A stretch of DNA of 64,000 nucleotides from Chlorokybus atmophyticus (lineage: Eukaryota; Plantae; Mesostigma and Chlorokybus algae), in the NCBI GenBank assembly GCA_009103225.1, contig RHPI01001507.1:416805-480804 (forward strand). Direction: 5' to 3'. Under the pieces are notes generated by a model. The model saw only the letters and a program-made list of their open reading frames with translations. It did not search any database and was not told the DNA's origin. Below are positions 25,599-37,805 of the stretch, one piece after another. Made by a program: the position numbers and the translations under genes. The number at the start of each line of letters is the position of its first letter. Positions within the stretch are counted from its first letter, which is position 1.

Positions 25599-27812
25599 AG
25601 TCGTGCTACCTTAAGATTGTCAGCAAGCATGCAGCTGCGGCTCCGTCGTGATGTTGAGCGCTGCGCATGCACACATTTCGCAGTCAATTTGCGTCTTGGC
25701 AGTACAGCAATTAGGTCTGATTCAGTAGCTACCTACAGTGTACAATGGGCAAATGTTATGAACGCCTTGGCAAATGTTGTACTACGGGACATGTTCCATG
25801 GCGTTCACGAATTTGCGGGCCGAAAAGTTCCGCACCATTTATTCTGACAGCGCACAAACGCGCATGTCAACCTCGCGCGCAGCGCGTGGCATGCTAGGCG
25901 GCTGTGTGTGGACCTTAACGCGGCTGAGTGACGATGTTAAGACGGCTACGATGGACCCCGAGATGTGTAAACTTGTTAAAGAATACCAAGATATCATGGT
26001 GGACGGACTTCCATCTGGTCTACCACCTCCACGAAGCGTAGACCACCATGTGGAGCTGATTGAGGGCGTTCACAAGCTACCGTATCGACCCGTATACAAA
26101 TTGTCACCTTTGGAGCAAGAAGAGGCCGAGAGGCAGGTGGAGGACTTGCTGAAAAGAGGCTACATGAGGCCTAGTAAGTCCCCTTATGGTGCACCTATTT
26201 TGTTTGTACAAAAGAAGAATGGGAGCTTGCGCATGTGCGTCGACTACCAAGCTCTCAACAACATCACGAAGAGGAATTGCTTTCCACTCCCATGTATCGA
26301 CGAGTTGCTGGAGCAATTGCAAGGTGCGCAGTACTTCACAACACTTGATCTTGCTGGGGGTTATCAACAAATCCGCATCGCGCCTGAGGATTTGGAGAAA
26401 ACAGCTTTCAACACGCGTTATGGGCACTGCAATTGGTTGATTATGTCCTTCGAACTTACGAACGCGCCGGCAACATTTCAAACGCTAATAAACGGCGTTT
26501 TCGCTGATTTAATTGGTACGGTAAGGGAGTCCTCGTGTACCTCGACAACATTTTTGTGTACGCAAAGACAAAGGAAGAGCACGTGGCACTTCTACGGCGC
26601 GTGTTGCAACGTTTGCGCGAACACAAGTTATACGCCCAGCTACAAAAGTGCAAATTCTTGCTTCGAGAGGTGGAGTACTTAGGCCACATCGTGTCGCATG
26701 AAGGCATCAAGCCGGACCCCAACAAAGTGCAGGTGGTGCGCGAGTGGGCTTCCCCGACTAACGTAAAGGAGGTGATGTCCTTTTTAGACCTTGCGGGGTA
26801 TCATCGCAAGTTTATCATGGGGTTTTCGCGCATAGCTGCTCTGTTGACTGCCCTACTCAAGAAGGGAAAGCCTTGAAGCTGGCCAGCAACAGAGGAACAT
26901 GCATTTGCTGCGTTGAAGAAGGCGCTGACGGAGGCACCAGTCCTGGCTCACCCCGACATGGAAAAGACATTTATTTCGGCTTGTGACGCGTCCGACACAG
27001 CCGTAGGAGCTGTTTTGCAGCAAGACCATGGCAACGGCCTTTAACCAGTAGCATTCTTCAGCAAGACGATGAGTGGTGCGGAGCTGAATTATCCCGGGCA
27101 CGAGAAGGAACTGTTGGCGCAAGTAATGGCGCTACGACAATTGCGTTCTTTTCTGAAAGACAAAAAGCTGGAGTTCTTTCAACTTTTTGACTTCGATATT
27201 AAGTACAAGCCCGGTACGTCACATGGTGTTGCTGACGCGCTGAGCCGGCTTAATGCAATTGAGGCACGCGCTCAAGTGCAGCCCGACTGAACCGACCAGA
27301 TTCGGCAAGTGCTTCGTGAAGACACGGAGGGTATGAAAGTGTTGCAAGAGCCGGAAAGTGTAGCTACGGACACAAGTGGGCATTGGTCAATGCGCGACGG
27401 GCTGCTATGGCACCACCGGCGCTTGTACATCCCCAACGTCGCGCATATCCGTGTGAAGTTGCTGAAGGAAGCTCATGACGTGCCCATTGCTGGTCACCAA
27501 GGTTTGGAGAGGACTTTGGCAAGCTTGAAGCAGCGTTTTTACTGGCGAGAGATGCATCGCGATGTGCGCGACTACGTGGCGTTGTGCGACGCATGCCAAA
27601 GGGTGAAGGCAAGCAACCAAAAGCCAGGTGGGTTGCTGCAACCTCTTCCTATGCCATTGTCCAAGTGGGAGCAAGTTACCATGGACTTTATCACGGGGCT
27701 ATCAAAGACAAAAGCAGGGTACGACGCTATACTTGTGTTCGACAAAACCAGCAAAATGGTACGCTTGGCACCATGTGAGTCTTGCACAGCATCGGAGGCA
27801 GCATGCTTGTTC

Positions 27813-29419
27813 CACCCGTAGAAATGGGTTTCGGCAAATCAGGTTGGATCCGCAACTTTGTAATGGACAAAGCCGGATATTACTTGCGAATTTCGCAAAT
27901 TTTACAGCGGATCCATATAAATGTTGTTGATGCAGCCGGAATTTCATTGCAACCTGTCAAAAGCGGCAATACGCCGGTGACGATCGTAAGTACCAGATTC
28001 CCAACAACGTTAAGGATTCGGTGTTTACGTAATCAAGGGTTCAGGCCATGAGAAAGACTTGTGTAAGTCGCAATTACAGCTGTGAACAATGCGTCTTTAC
28101 TCCCTAACGCAATTGAGGACTCGACGATAACATCAGAGTGCATTTAGGTTGCGTGCTAAAGCAGCACACATCATCATTGACATTGAGACCAGTTCCATCA
28201 ACGATACAAGACTTTATACTTAAACAAACTCGGAACGCTAGGATCGATCCTTCCATTATTTCATACCATAATAATTTTACGATCTCATAATTGCCAAATT
28301 GCCGGTTCAACCCCGCGGCCTGCTAGTAGCAGGCCGCGGGGCAAGCAAGTAAAAGGCTGCGACTTGCATGTATAATCATTGGTAAACCGTGTAGCACATG
28401 AGGTAAACATGTGAAAACTTGACCAGAACTCCGCAACCAACCTTGCGCCAGCAAGTGACGCAGGGCGCATAATGCAAACATCTGACGGTAATTTCGCGCT
28501 GTATTTGGACAAAACGGCAAGTCGAACAAAGTCTTCCTCCCCAAGTCACCTTTATGGTGGTAAAATCCACCTTCACCTTTACCTTTTAGATACAAGTGGT
28601 ATACATATACATAAACATCGCGGTCTATATACCTATAACAAACAAAAAATATGTATGAACATATGTATATGTAAATATATATAATATACATATACCGGTA
28701 GTGGCGTTGTATGCAGCTGTTGGTGCATGCGTGATGCATGCATGGCGCACGTGAGACAATTGAGGCAGCCATGAAGGTTATAGACTTCACCAACGCACAG
28801 TCAGGTGTCTTGTGTCGTCGTATTCTAGACGGTTCATTGTTAGGTCGCACGCAGTTGCTTGTCAACCCAACACTGCCGCGCAGGTTTGAATCGCGACGAT
28901 GGAGAGACGAAAACCCGTGTGCTGTGGCTCTTTTGGTTTTTCGCCGAGAACCGCGGCTATAACATTTTCTGGTTAGATCACGCATTAAGAACAATCTTTT
29001 TAATACATGATCTAACCAAAAATAAGTTTAGGATGCGGCTATTATGAAGTTCAAGAAAAGACGGATACCGAACTTAATGCACACCAGCTAGTTGACCTTA
29101 ATAGCAGCTCGATACCAAACCGCGGCTTTAACATTTTCTGGTTTGATCACGCATCAAGATTAATCTTTTTGATACATGATCTAACCAAAAATTAGTTTAG
29201 AATGCGGCTATTATGAAGTTCAAGAAAAGACGGATGCCGAACTTAATGCACACTAGCTAGTTGACCTTAATAGCAGCTCGGTACCAAACAAAGTTGTGGC
29301 TGCAGCCGCAAAAAGTGCAAAAATGTATATGTTGCATATGGATCCCTAATTAAGTTATAGCTGGATCTCCAATTAATTTGTGGGCAAGGCCGAACTGTTG
29401 GGGGCCATTTCGACCGGTG
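27813..29419. mobile_element. Non-autonomous CACTA/EnSpm-like element no. 2 (1607 bp)
   Basis: TIRs CACCCGTAGAAATGG / CACCGGTCGAAATGG (13/15) and a 3-bp TSD TTC (27810-27812, 29420-29422). Removing it rejoins the integrase sequence (CTTGTTC|GTGAAGC). No transposase is seen. Confidence 0.85.
28951..29289. repeat. Two-copy tandem duplication, period 169 bp
   Basis: CCGCGGCT(A/T)TAACATTTTCTGG...GCAGCTCG(A/G)TACCAAA begins at 28951 and again at 29120. Confidence 0.95.
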
Positions 29420-32229
29420 TTCGTGAAGCATGTGTTTTGTTCTCATGGATTAACACGAAGCATTGTGAGTGATCGCGACACGCGCTTTACAAGTAAGTTT
29501 TGAGAGGCGCTGCATAGTGCACTAGGTACCACACTAAAGTTTAGCACGGCATTCCACCCGCAAACTGATGGGCAAACGAAACGGGCCAACCGTGTGATCG
29601 AGGACATGCTGCGTTGCTACGTTAACGACGACAAGACAATTGGGCGAAGCTGCTTGATTTGGTGAAGTTTGTGATCAACCACCATAATGCAAGCACAGGT
29701 GTTACTCCCGTCCTTATGAACTACGGGCAACATCCATTGACACCGTTGACGGCATGGACACCGCGACGACATGACGTGCGTGTGGAGGCAGCTAATAACT
29801 TCCTCACAAAGTGCGCGGACATTAATAAGGCAGCTAAGGAGGCACTATTGGTGGCACAAAACAGGCAGAAGCAGTACGCGGACGCGCATCGCCGACACCT
29901 CACATTTTTGGAAGGCGACATTGTGTTACTCTCCGCGAAGCATGTACAGGTGCGTACGGGAGTTCGCAAGCTGAATAAACGCTGGTTGGGACCATTCAAG
30001 GTCAGCAAAGTTATTTCGGACGTGGCGTACAAGCTGGAGCTACTCAACACCATGCGTGTGCACCCCGTTTTTCGCGTCTCCCTTATGAAGGCATATCGAG
30101 GACAACCGCCAGCAAGGCCGCCCCCCGAAGTTGGCACGGATAGTGAACTAGAGTGGGAGGTAGAAGACATCCTTGGTGAGAAGTTTGTGCATGGCGTGCG
30201 CAAGTTCTTAGAAATGAAAGGGCTATCCATTGCATGAAGCATCCTGGGAGCCAGAGGCACACTTGGCTAATGCTCGAGACGTTGTGCGTGACTATCTTGC
30301 TCGACGACAACCTCGCGAGCTTCGAGGACGAAGCTCACCTAGGGGGGGAGGAGGGTAACAGTCAAGACCAAATTTCGTGATTTTCATGGCCATTTTAGGC
30401 CTTATTTGTGAGGTATCATGATTTTCATGACTTGTGGCGGATATCGGCGAGTTGCGAGTCTGCCGCAGATATCGACCGGCCCAGGGCCAGTCTGGAAGAC
30501 GCCAGAAAACGGAGGGCCAGTCGAGAAGGGCTCGACCAGAATTCTGGAAGGGCCTGGCGCCAAGTAGTATAACTTGACCATATGAGCAGCAAATGAGGAG
30601 ATCTTTGGTGCGTCGGAAAGGTCTAGAAGTGTACTACAAGATTTTGCAAGAATATCTTAGCTTCTAGTTCCGTCTAGCGCTAAAATCGTCTAGACAGTAG
30701 CATGTGCAGACTGGTAGGTATAAAAGAGACATTCTACAATTTGCAATACAACCTTTAGCTCCCTAGTTTCTGGTGTGCAAGCTTGGTGGTGGTTAGCAGA
30801 GGTTGCTAGCGTATGCCCACTGGTGTGTGCTTGCTTGTGTGACGATCCAAGGCGCTACACAAGTCGGTGTGTAGCTTGGAGCGCATGCGCGTGCGTATGC
30901 GAGTGGCGGGGCGCGCGTGTACATCAAATGCAGGACATGCATGCGCATGCACAACGTGTAGTCCAGTCAGCACGCAGCAACACATGCAAGGTGTCGTACA
31001 AATGACATTTAGTTGACCACCGGGCTACTACTAGCACGCTAATCTACTGCCTCTACCCCATTAGACATGCAGCAGTCAATATGCAGTTGGTAACCACCTG
31101 CCCACACGGGCGTTGGTTAGTTGTTGGCGCTTTTGGTCACGCAGACAGCATGCAAATTGGCGACCAGGACTCCCCCTCCCTCTCTCCCTGGCTCCGCCGC
31201 CTTCCTCGCCCTTTGCTAGCGACGCAGCAGGGTTTGCTGGGTTGGTATGTCGTAGTTGCGTTGCACTGCCGACGTCAGCAGTGCCTGGTCCAGTGCCCTC
31301 CGCACAGGTTGTGCTGTCTTCGGTTCGGGTGCTGGGCTGGTTAGGTGCTGGTTGGGGTTGGGTGGTGGGGTTGGGTGCTTGGCAGAGGGGGCAAGGTTCC
31401 GGTGTGAATACTGTGTCTTGGTGAGAGGGTTGTTGATTGGACCAACTCACAGGTGTCAAGGCACGAGCACCGTCACACCGGAGGTTGTATATGTTGTGCG
31501 CCAGACATGTGCGAAAAGCTATGCAAAATTTTGGTGTGCCTCTCGGCAATGAATATGTCGCCATCAATCGCAAGCCTTTCCATTTCCGCGGCTATTCTAA
31601 AGCTTTCGCGGCAAGTGTTCAAGGTTGTGTTTACGCTGTGATGTGCCAGCTCTGTCCGTTGAAGCGCTATGTTGTTGACACAAAGCGGTTTGCTGTTGAG
31701 CAATATGCAGTTCCAACTTAGTCTCTGTTGCAGAAATGGACATGCTTGTGGAATTCTTTCACATGGCTGACACGGAGTTGCGGGAGCGCCATGATGTTTA
31801 AAGGCAGGAGTTGCAGTTGCGCATAAATGCACAAGCTAATTTGGTGCATACTCCCTAAAGTGCATGCTCATCACTTTCGCTGTAGTGTGGACCAGTTAGT
31901 CATAGTAGTGGCTGCTCGATGTGCGGTTGTTACTTGATTGCGTAGGTGTACTTATGTTGCTGTGGTCAGTTTTGGAGCTTGATGTCTTATAAGAACGATA
32001 TTATGCAATACGAACGTATGTGTTATGCACAACTGTGCTATGGCTACCTAACACACTACTGGCCACCTAACTAATACGACACTTGCAAGGTCAATCATAA
32101 TGCACTATACACATGCACACCGCCATCACAAACACTCTGGCTGCCATGGCAATGGTTGTCATTTGGTGCATGCGAAGTGCTTGCCCACAGATTTCCTTGG
32201 TCGAAGTCTGTTTGCATTGCCAGCTCCAG

Positions 32230-33800
32230 ATCGTCGTCATCGTCTTCGGTCAAAACTTCTGTTTTTTTGGCTGCCCTAGTTGTGGTGGCTGATACAAGAA
32301 CATCAGCTGGATGCGGCGACAGACCGGAAACTCAACTTGGGGATGAGGACTGCTGTGCAGTTTATCCAAACACTGCTTGCATAACGGGTGCCCGCACACG
32401 GCAGCAGCAGCATCATGATGTCTACGGGGTCTTTCTTGTCATAGCAGCACACGCAGGGTAAGTTCAGGTGTTTGGCCTTGCCCTTGCTCTTGTACTGCTG
32501 CGCACGTGCGGTTGCTACTCTTCAGTGGTCGCGGCGTCCCTGAGCGCTGTAGCCTATCCTGTTTAGGTACTCGCACAGTTCTTCCACAGAGTTTGGTACA
32601 GAACCACTTAGGTCTCCATCCTGGCATTTTTGAGGTCGAGTGTCTTGGCCTGCCCTAAATTGATCAGTGCACAGCGTAGCAAGAGACACCTTGATGTTGT
32701 AACTACATGTACCTGTTCTACCCGTGGGTACTCTTCCACCAAGTACTTGTAGGAAGCCTGCAGATGGTCTTCAGTTGCCCCAAGTGCAGTCTGGTATTCC
32801 TCGAAAACTATGCCGTGCGGTTTGATAACCTCACAGAATCTCCATGACGTATCACTTACACGGATTATTGATATTTAGTCCGCAATCTGGACACGGGCTT
32901 GGTTTAGTTGTCATCGAAGTACGGGCATTGTTGACACATGCAAAGGGCTTTGCAGAGCTGCTGATCGCACCATTTGTTTTTTAAATAATGGGTGCCTGCA
33001 TGCTGTAGCGTTGAGCCAGCAAAGCGTTGACTCGCTTTTGCTGTTGTTGCACCTGACGCTGTGTGGCCTGCGAGTCGTGGTTGGTCTTTGTCAATTGCAG
33101 GTGCAATTTGTTAATCAATTGTTGATCTGCGTCTTGCGTTCTGGTTCTATGCTAGCTGTGCGTGATCTCTGTTGGTCGTGTTGATGGTTGATTCTTCCAC
33201 AGATGTTCAGCTGTGCAATGCAATTGCGGGCTGCGCGGAGCTTCTGTTGCGTTGCTGCCATTTGTTGCTCTTGTCGGCAGGCTGTCATCTGCTGTTTGTG
33301 GTGTATTGTGGACTGCTCCGTTTGCTTGCGTACAGCCGCAGCTAAGGCCTGGTGACGCTCTTGCATTGTTTTGTTGTCGTATGTCAGGTTGTTGTCTGCC
33401 ACAGCAGGAACAAGTTAAATATTGCTCCAGTAACCAACCAGAATGCTGGACAACAAGTTACTTGCCAGCTCCAACAATATGTTTTTGGTGAGCTTGTGGA
33501 GCATTTTTAAGTGGAGCCGGATATTGCTGCTTTGATCCAGGCTTAAGAATTTAGATTAAGTTCCACGCGCGGTAGATTTTTCTATATTATATGCCGCAAG
33601 AAAGGTGTTAACAATCGCAAATATGCAGTTATTCAGTAGTTGTAGTGTACATGACTCTTCTTTTACAACATATGACGCAATTGTGGAAGCTTTCATTGGT
33701 TTGCGTCCGCGCTTGCGTGGTGTCAGCGCTTGTGGACGCGCAGGTACTTCTGCATGCACTACCAATATTACTTGCATGTGTATCAGCTTATCATGTTGCA
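32230..33800 (-). pseudogene. Intronless coiled-coil + RING-finger gene remnant (paralog 1)
   Basis: After correcting one frameshift, 32455-32319 reads CVCC..LLPCGHPLCKQCLDKLHSSPHPQVEFPVC. Upstream LYQTLWK.LCEYL is shared with paralog 2. Confidence 0.65.
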
Positions 33801-36800
33801 CGGAGTTAACATAACACCCACTTACCCTGAGGTGCTGGTAGTGCCAGGGTTGATGTCCGCAGGTGTGGTTGCTCTGTTGACTGTGGATGCTGCAGATTGG
33901 GGTCGTATGCGATGTGTATTGGCTTCAACACACCCTGTAGTGATGGTGGCATCGGAGTGTCGGGTTGTTGTGTAGGCCAAGTGCTGTTTACTGGCAGGAC
34001 TGCTCCTTGTTGTGGGTTGAGGTTGTGACGGATGATTGCTGCGCGGCCCTATAGTGCCAATACGTTTGCAAGGGGTTAATGACCATACATATTTGGCAAT
34101 GACTCATGAATTGTTGAGCGATTTTGATATTGGTTGATATCATGTAGATGGTAGGTGTCACTGTGCATTGTTCGTCACGTGAGTCAACTCACCCTGGGCA
34201 TGCATGCATGCTCCCCTCTTCTGCCTGTTCTTGTGTGCATGCATGCATTAATGTTACTTACCAGGTCCAGCTAATAGCTCAACAGTTCCCTTTCCTACAA
34301 CGCATAGTGTTTTCATGCAGACCACTGCCCGGATGGGATTTGAAGTTTTGGCTCGCCACCTTGCTAATCCATGCTTTATGCTGGTGTCCTGTCTGTTAAA
34401 CAGCCGGATACGCAGCGGACCCGATAGCTAACGCACATTGCGTGCCTGAGTTGCCTCCATGGCCGCCGGCAATTGGATTGTTAACATGGTTGCGCTGAAC
34501 CTCAACAACACCCTGGCTTTGCTGCCTCACAAGTGATGCCTTGGTTTGTAACGCAATCGTGTGCTTGAGCTAAGTGGGCTTGCATTGACACATATGACAT
34601 TGGTTTAAGGAAACGGTGATGGGTCCCATCGCATGCAGAAACAGAATTAAGTCACGACATTTATGGTCATGGTCATGGTAGCTGGTAGTGCCTCTCACAC
34701 ATGATGCTGCAACTGCGTGATCCGTTGCGGCATGTAGGCATATCTGATCGTGGGGTGCAATATGCTGACATATGCCAACATATGAAACAGTATGCCGGCA
34801 TATGCGCGCTCCATCGTCCATTGAGTTGGCTTGTACAATATCGTCATGAAGTTGCAGGAGTAGAGCATTACAAATCTACTGACAGCGTCGGCTGCATTGA
34901 TCGGTGTCTATGATTGGCTGCAAAGTTTGACATCTTGCTGTGATTGGCCGTTGGATTTCATTGCGCGATGATTGAGCGAACAAGCGCGCTCGTAGTATAT
35001 AGGGGCTACGCTAGTTGCCGTTGATCCCGTTCACCGAACCATGAGAGGCGCTTGGGCAGCAATCTTGATCACAGAGCATTGCGGTGAGGGCACGGGTGCC
35101 TGGTATTGGCCTTAATCTGCTGTTGCATGTATGTGTCATCAGTAATGTATATGTTTGTTTTCATACAAATACGTGGATCGCCATGAGTTGGGCGGAAATG
35201 ATGGAGCTCTCGCGTGCAGTCAGTCAATGCTGTGTTGATAACTATTGCAAGCATGCTTATGTTGGCATAAAGGCCGTGGACGGGGAATGTTTGGCTCTTT
35301 TCAATAACTTCAGTGGTTGAGTCGTATTGGCCATCGCTGGAGGATGTGTGGATTGACGAGCGTCTGCTGCGTCTTCTTGAGGCCTTTTTAGCATCAATGC
35401 AGCGGTTTGTCACTGACAACATTGCGATTGCAGACCCAGTCATTTTTTCAAGATGGAGGCTCACTGTAGCTTGCTTCGAGCTTCTCATGAGTGTTTGGTA
35501 GCACGGCATGCGGCTTGGGAGAAGGAGATAAAAAGGCTCATACGCAAAGCTAAGTTTGTTAGCTACACCATTTTATGCTTTGTAAACATGTTCCAATTGG
35601 TAGTTATTGGTAGTTAGTGACAATTGGCAGTTTGCAATTTTACAGCGGCACAATATAAAGGGACTTATCTACTAAAAAATCTATACATGTGTGGTTGTCC
35701 GATGGTCACCCTTCGGCGTCGCTGTCTTGAGCAAGCTGGTTGTCGTATTCTTGGCGCATTGTTGGTGCCATTGTGTCCGCATAGTCGCGCATGGGTTTGC
35801 AAGTGCTCTGATAGCTCCATCTGTTCTCCGCTTGTATATCTGCTTCTTCTTCTTCAGCAACCAATCTTTTCTTCAGCTGCACCAGCTGTCATGGACATTG
35901 AGACCTTCAGACAAACTGTATTGATATTGTGCTGTTGAGTGTACCATGCGAGTGATTGAAAATATGTGTGGACCTCTGTTGTTTGGTTGTCGAGTTGAAA
36001 TTGCATATCATTCACTTTGTGTCCCAACTCGACCACGTGTTATATATCCGAGACAACAACATTAATACATTAAAGCTACTTTGAGTTCAAGCTACAATAA
36101 ACAGAGTTGAGCCGTCAACAGGATATGTATTTGTGTGTTAAACCACATTGTGAGTACAATAATGCTTGTGTTGCATGTACTGTATTGCCATGTGGTGATG
36201 TAGCCGTTTACCTTCTTACTGTAACTGGCCAGTTGCATTTTGATCGCAAACAGTTCACTTCTCTGTTTGTACGCCTGTTGTGCATGTATCAACCACGCGA
36301 ATAACACTTTGTGACCAAAGTTGAAGCTCTGAGGAATGCATGCATGATGCTTGCCAGTTGCACGTTACGTTGCATACCTGGTCAATCATGCAGTCGAGTT
36401 TACAAATCTTCTCTGCAATGTTGCTGCGCAGCTCATGACATATATGCAACATGTATAAGTGTTCGAGTCGCGACATTAGCAATTGTCGCTGATAATGTGT
36501 GGTATCTACGACCAGTGTGCACACTGGCATGAGTTTATCGTGAGCCATGCTGATTGATCGAGATACATGTACCATCATAAACGTTGCAAGGCAACCAACC
36601 CTTTACAGTATTTTTTTCTAGTTTAGCAACACTGCATGCAGAAGTGTTTGTAGTGTAGTGGAGTGTATGTAGTGTATGTAATTTGGTGTGAACTTGAGCA
36701 ACGGTGGTGCTTACATTTGTTGCGCCACTGTTGTATAGTGTTTTCCATGATGTCGTCGTCCCGATGGTGGGTGTCGCCGTGGTGCGCCATAATCGCCCTG

Positions 36801-36942
36801 TGCTGTAGTTGAAGTTCTTGCCTCAGGCACGTAGGTCTTTCTTTCTTGCAACTTTTCCATAATAGCCCTAAACATTAAGTGAACTTATAATTTACATGCC
36901 AAATCAATGGAGCGCGGTACGCTAGCATATCGCGCTACATAT

Positions 36943-37081
36943 CAGCTTTTGCGAACAGACAAAAAGCAGTAATCACCAAATTATGCCGCCATAGTTTGGT
37001 AATTACTACAGCTTTTGCAAACAGACAAAAAGCAGTAATTACCAAACTATGGCGGCATAGTTTGGTGATTATTGCTTTTTG
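36943..37081. repeat. Nested inverted/direct repeat forming an about 120-nt hairpin
   Basis: Two units (36943-37008, 37009-37081) are direct repeats whose cores are also reverse complements. Arms of about 48 bp run from 36960 to 37081. Confidence 0.9.
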
Positions 37082-37133
37082 CCAATTTCATCAATGCAGA
37101 ATATGTGCATGAATTGTAAAATCTGACAAGTAT

Positions 37134-37805
37134 TGTGACGGTGCTCGTGCCTTGTCACCTGTGAGTTGGTCCAATCCACAACCCTCTCAACAAGACACGG
37201 TATTCACACCGGAACCTTGCCCCCTCTGCCAAGCACACACGCGCGCCCCGCCACTCGCGCACGCACGCGCATGCGCTCGAAGCTACACACCGACTTGTGT
37301 AGCGCCTTGGATCGTCACACAAGCAAGCACACACCAGTGGACACACGTTAGCAACCTCTTCTAGCCACCACCAAGCTTGCACACCAGAAACTAGGGAGCT
37401 AAAGGTTGTCTTGCAAGTTGTAGTATGTCACTTTTATACCTACCAGTCTGCACATGCTACTGTCTAGACGATTCTAGCGCTAGAAGGAACTAGAAGCTAA
37501 GGTGTTCTTGCAGAATCTTGTAGTACACTTCTAGAACTTTCCAACGCACCAAAGATCTCCTAATTTGCTGCTCATATGGTCAAGTTATACTACTTGGCGC
37601 CAGGCCCTTCCAGAAATCTGGTCGAGCCCTTCTCGACTGGCCCTCCGTTTTCTGGCACCTTCCGGACTGGTCTTGGGGCACCGGTCGATATCCGCGGCAG
37701 ACTCATAACTCGCCGATATCCGCCACAAGTCATTAAAAACATGTACCTTACAAATAAGGCCTAAAACGGCCATGAAAATCACAGAATTTGGCCTTGACTG
37801 TTACA
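37134..37805 (-). repeat. 3' LTR of chromovirus copy 2
   Basis: Direct repeat of 42552-43223 that follows the polypurine tract. Confidence 0.97.

Larger units (their letters stand above)
25923..31477 (+). mobile_element. Chromovirus-family Ty3/gypsy copy 3: 5'-truncated, decayed, with two nested insertions
   Basis: It aligns to copies 1 and 2 from the pre-RT linker through RT, RH, INT and chromodomain, then the PPT (30341-30353) and 3' LTR (30354-30920 + 31375-31477). It carries many stops and frameshifts. Confidence 0.92.

Noticed and set aside
31340-31374. Interstitial telomeric repeat
   Set aside because: Too short and degenerate, with no consistent unit.
34000-35600. ORFs such as 35069-35509 and CATATG-rich local repeats
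   Set aside because: No recognisable motifs or repeat boundaries. Left unannotated.
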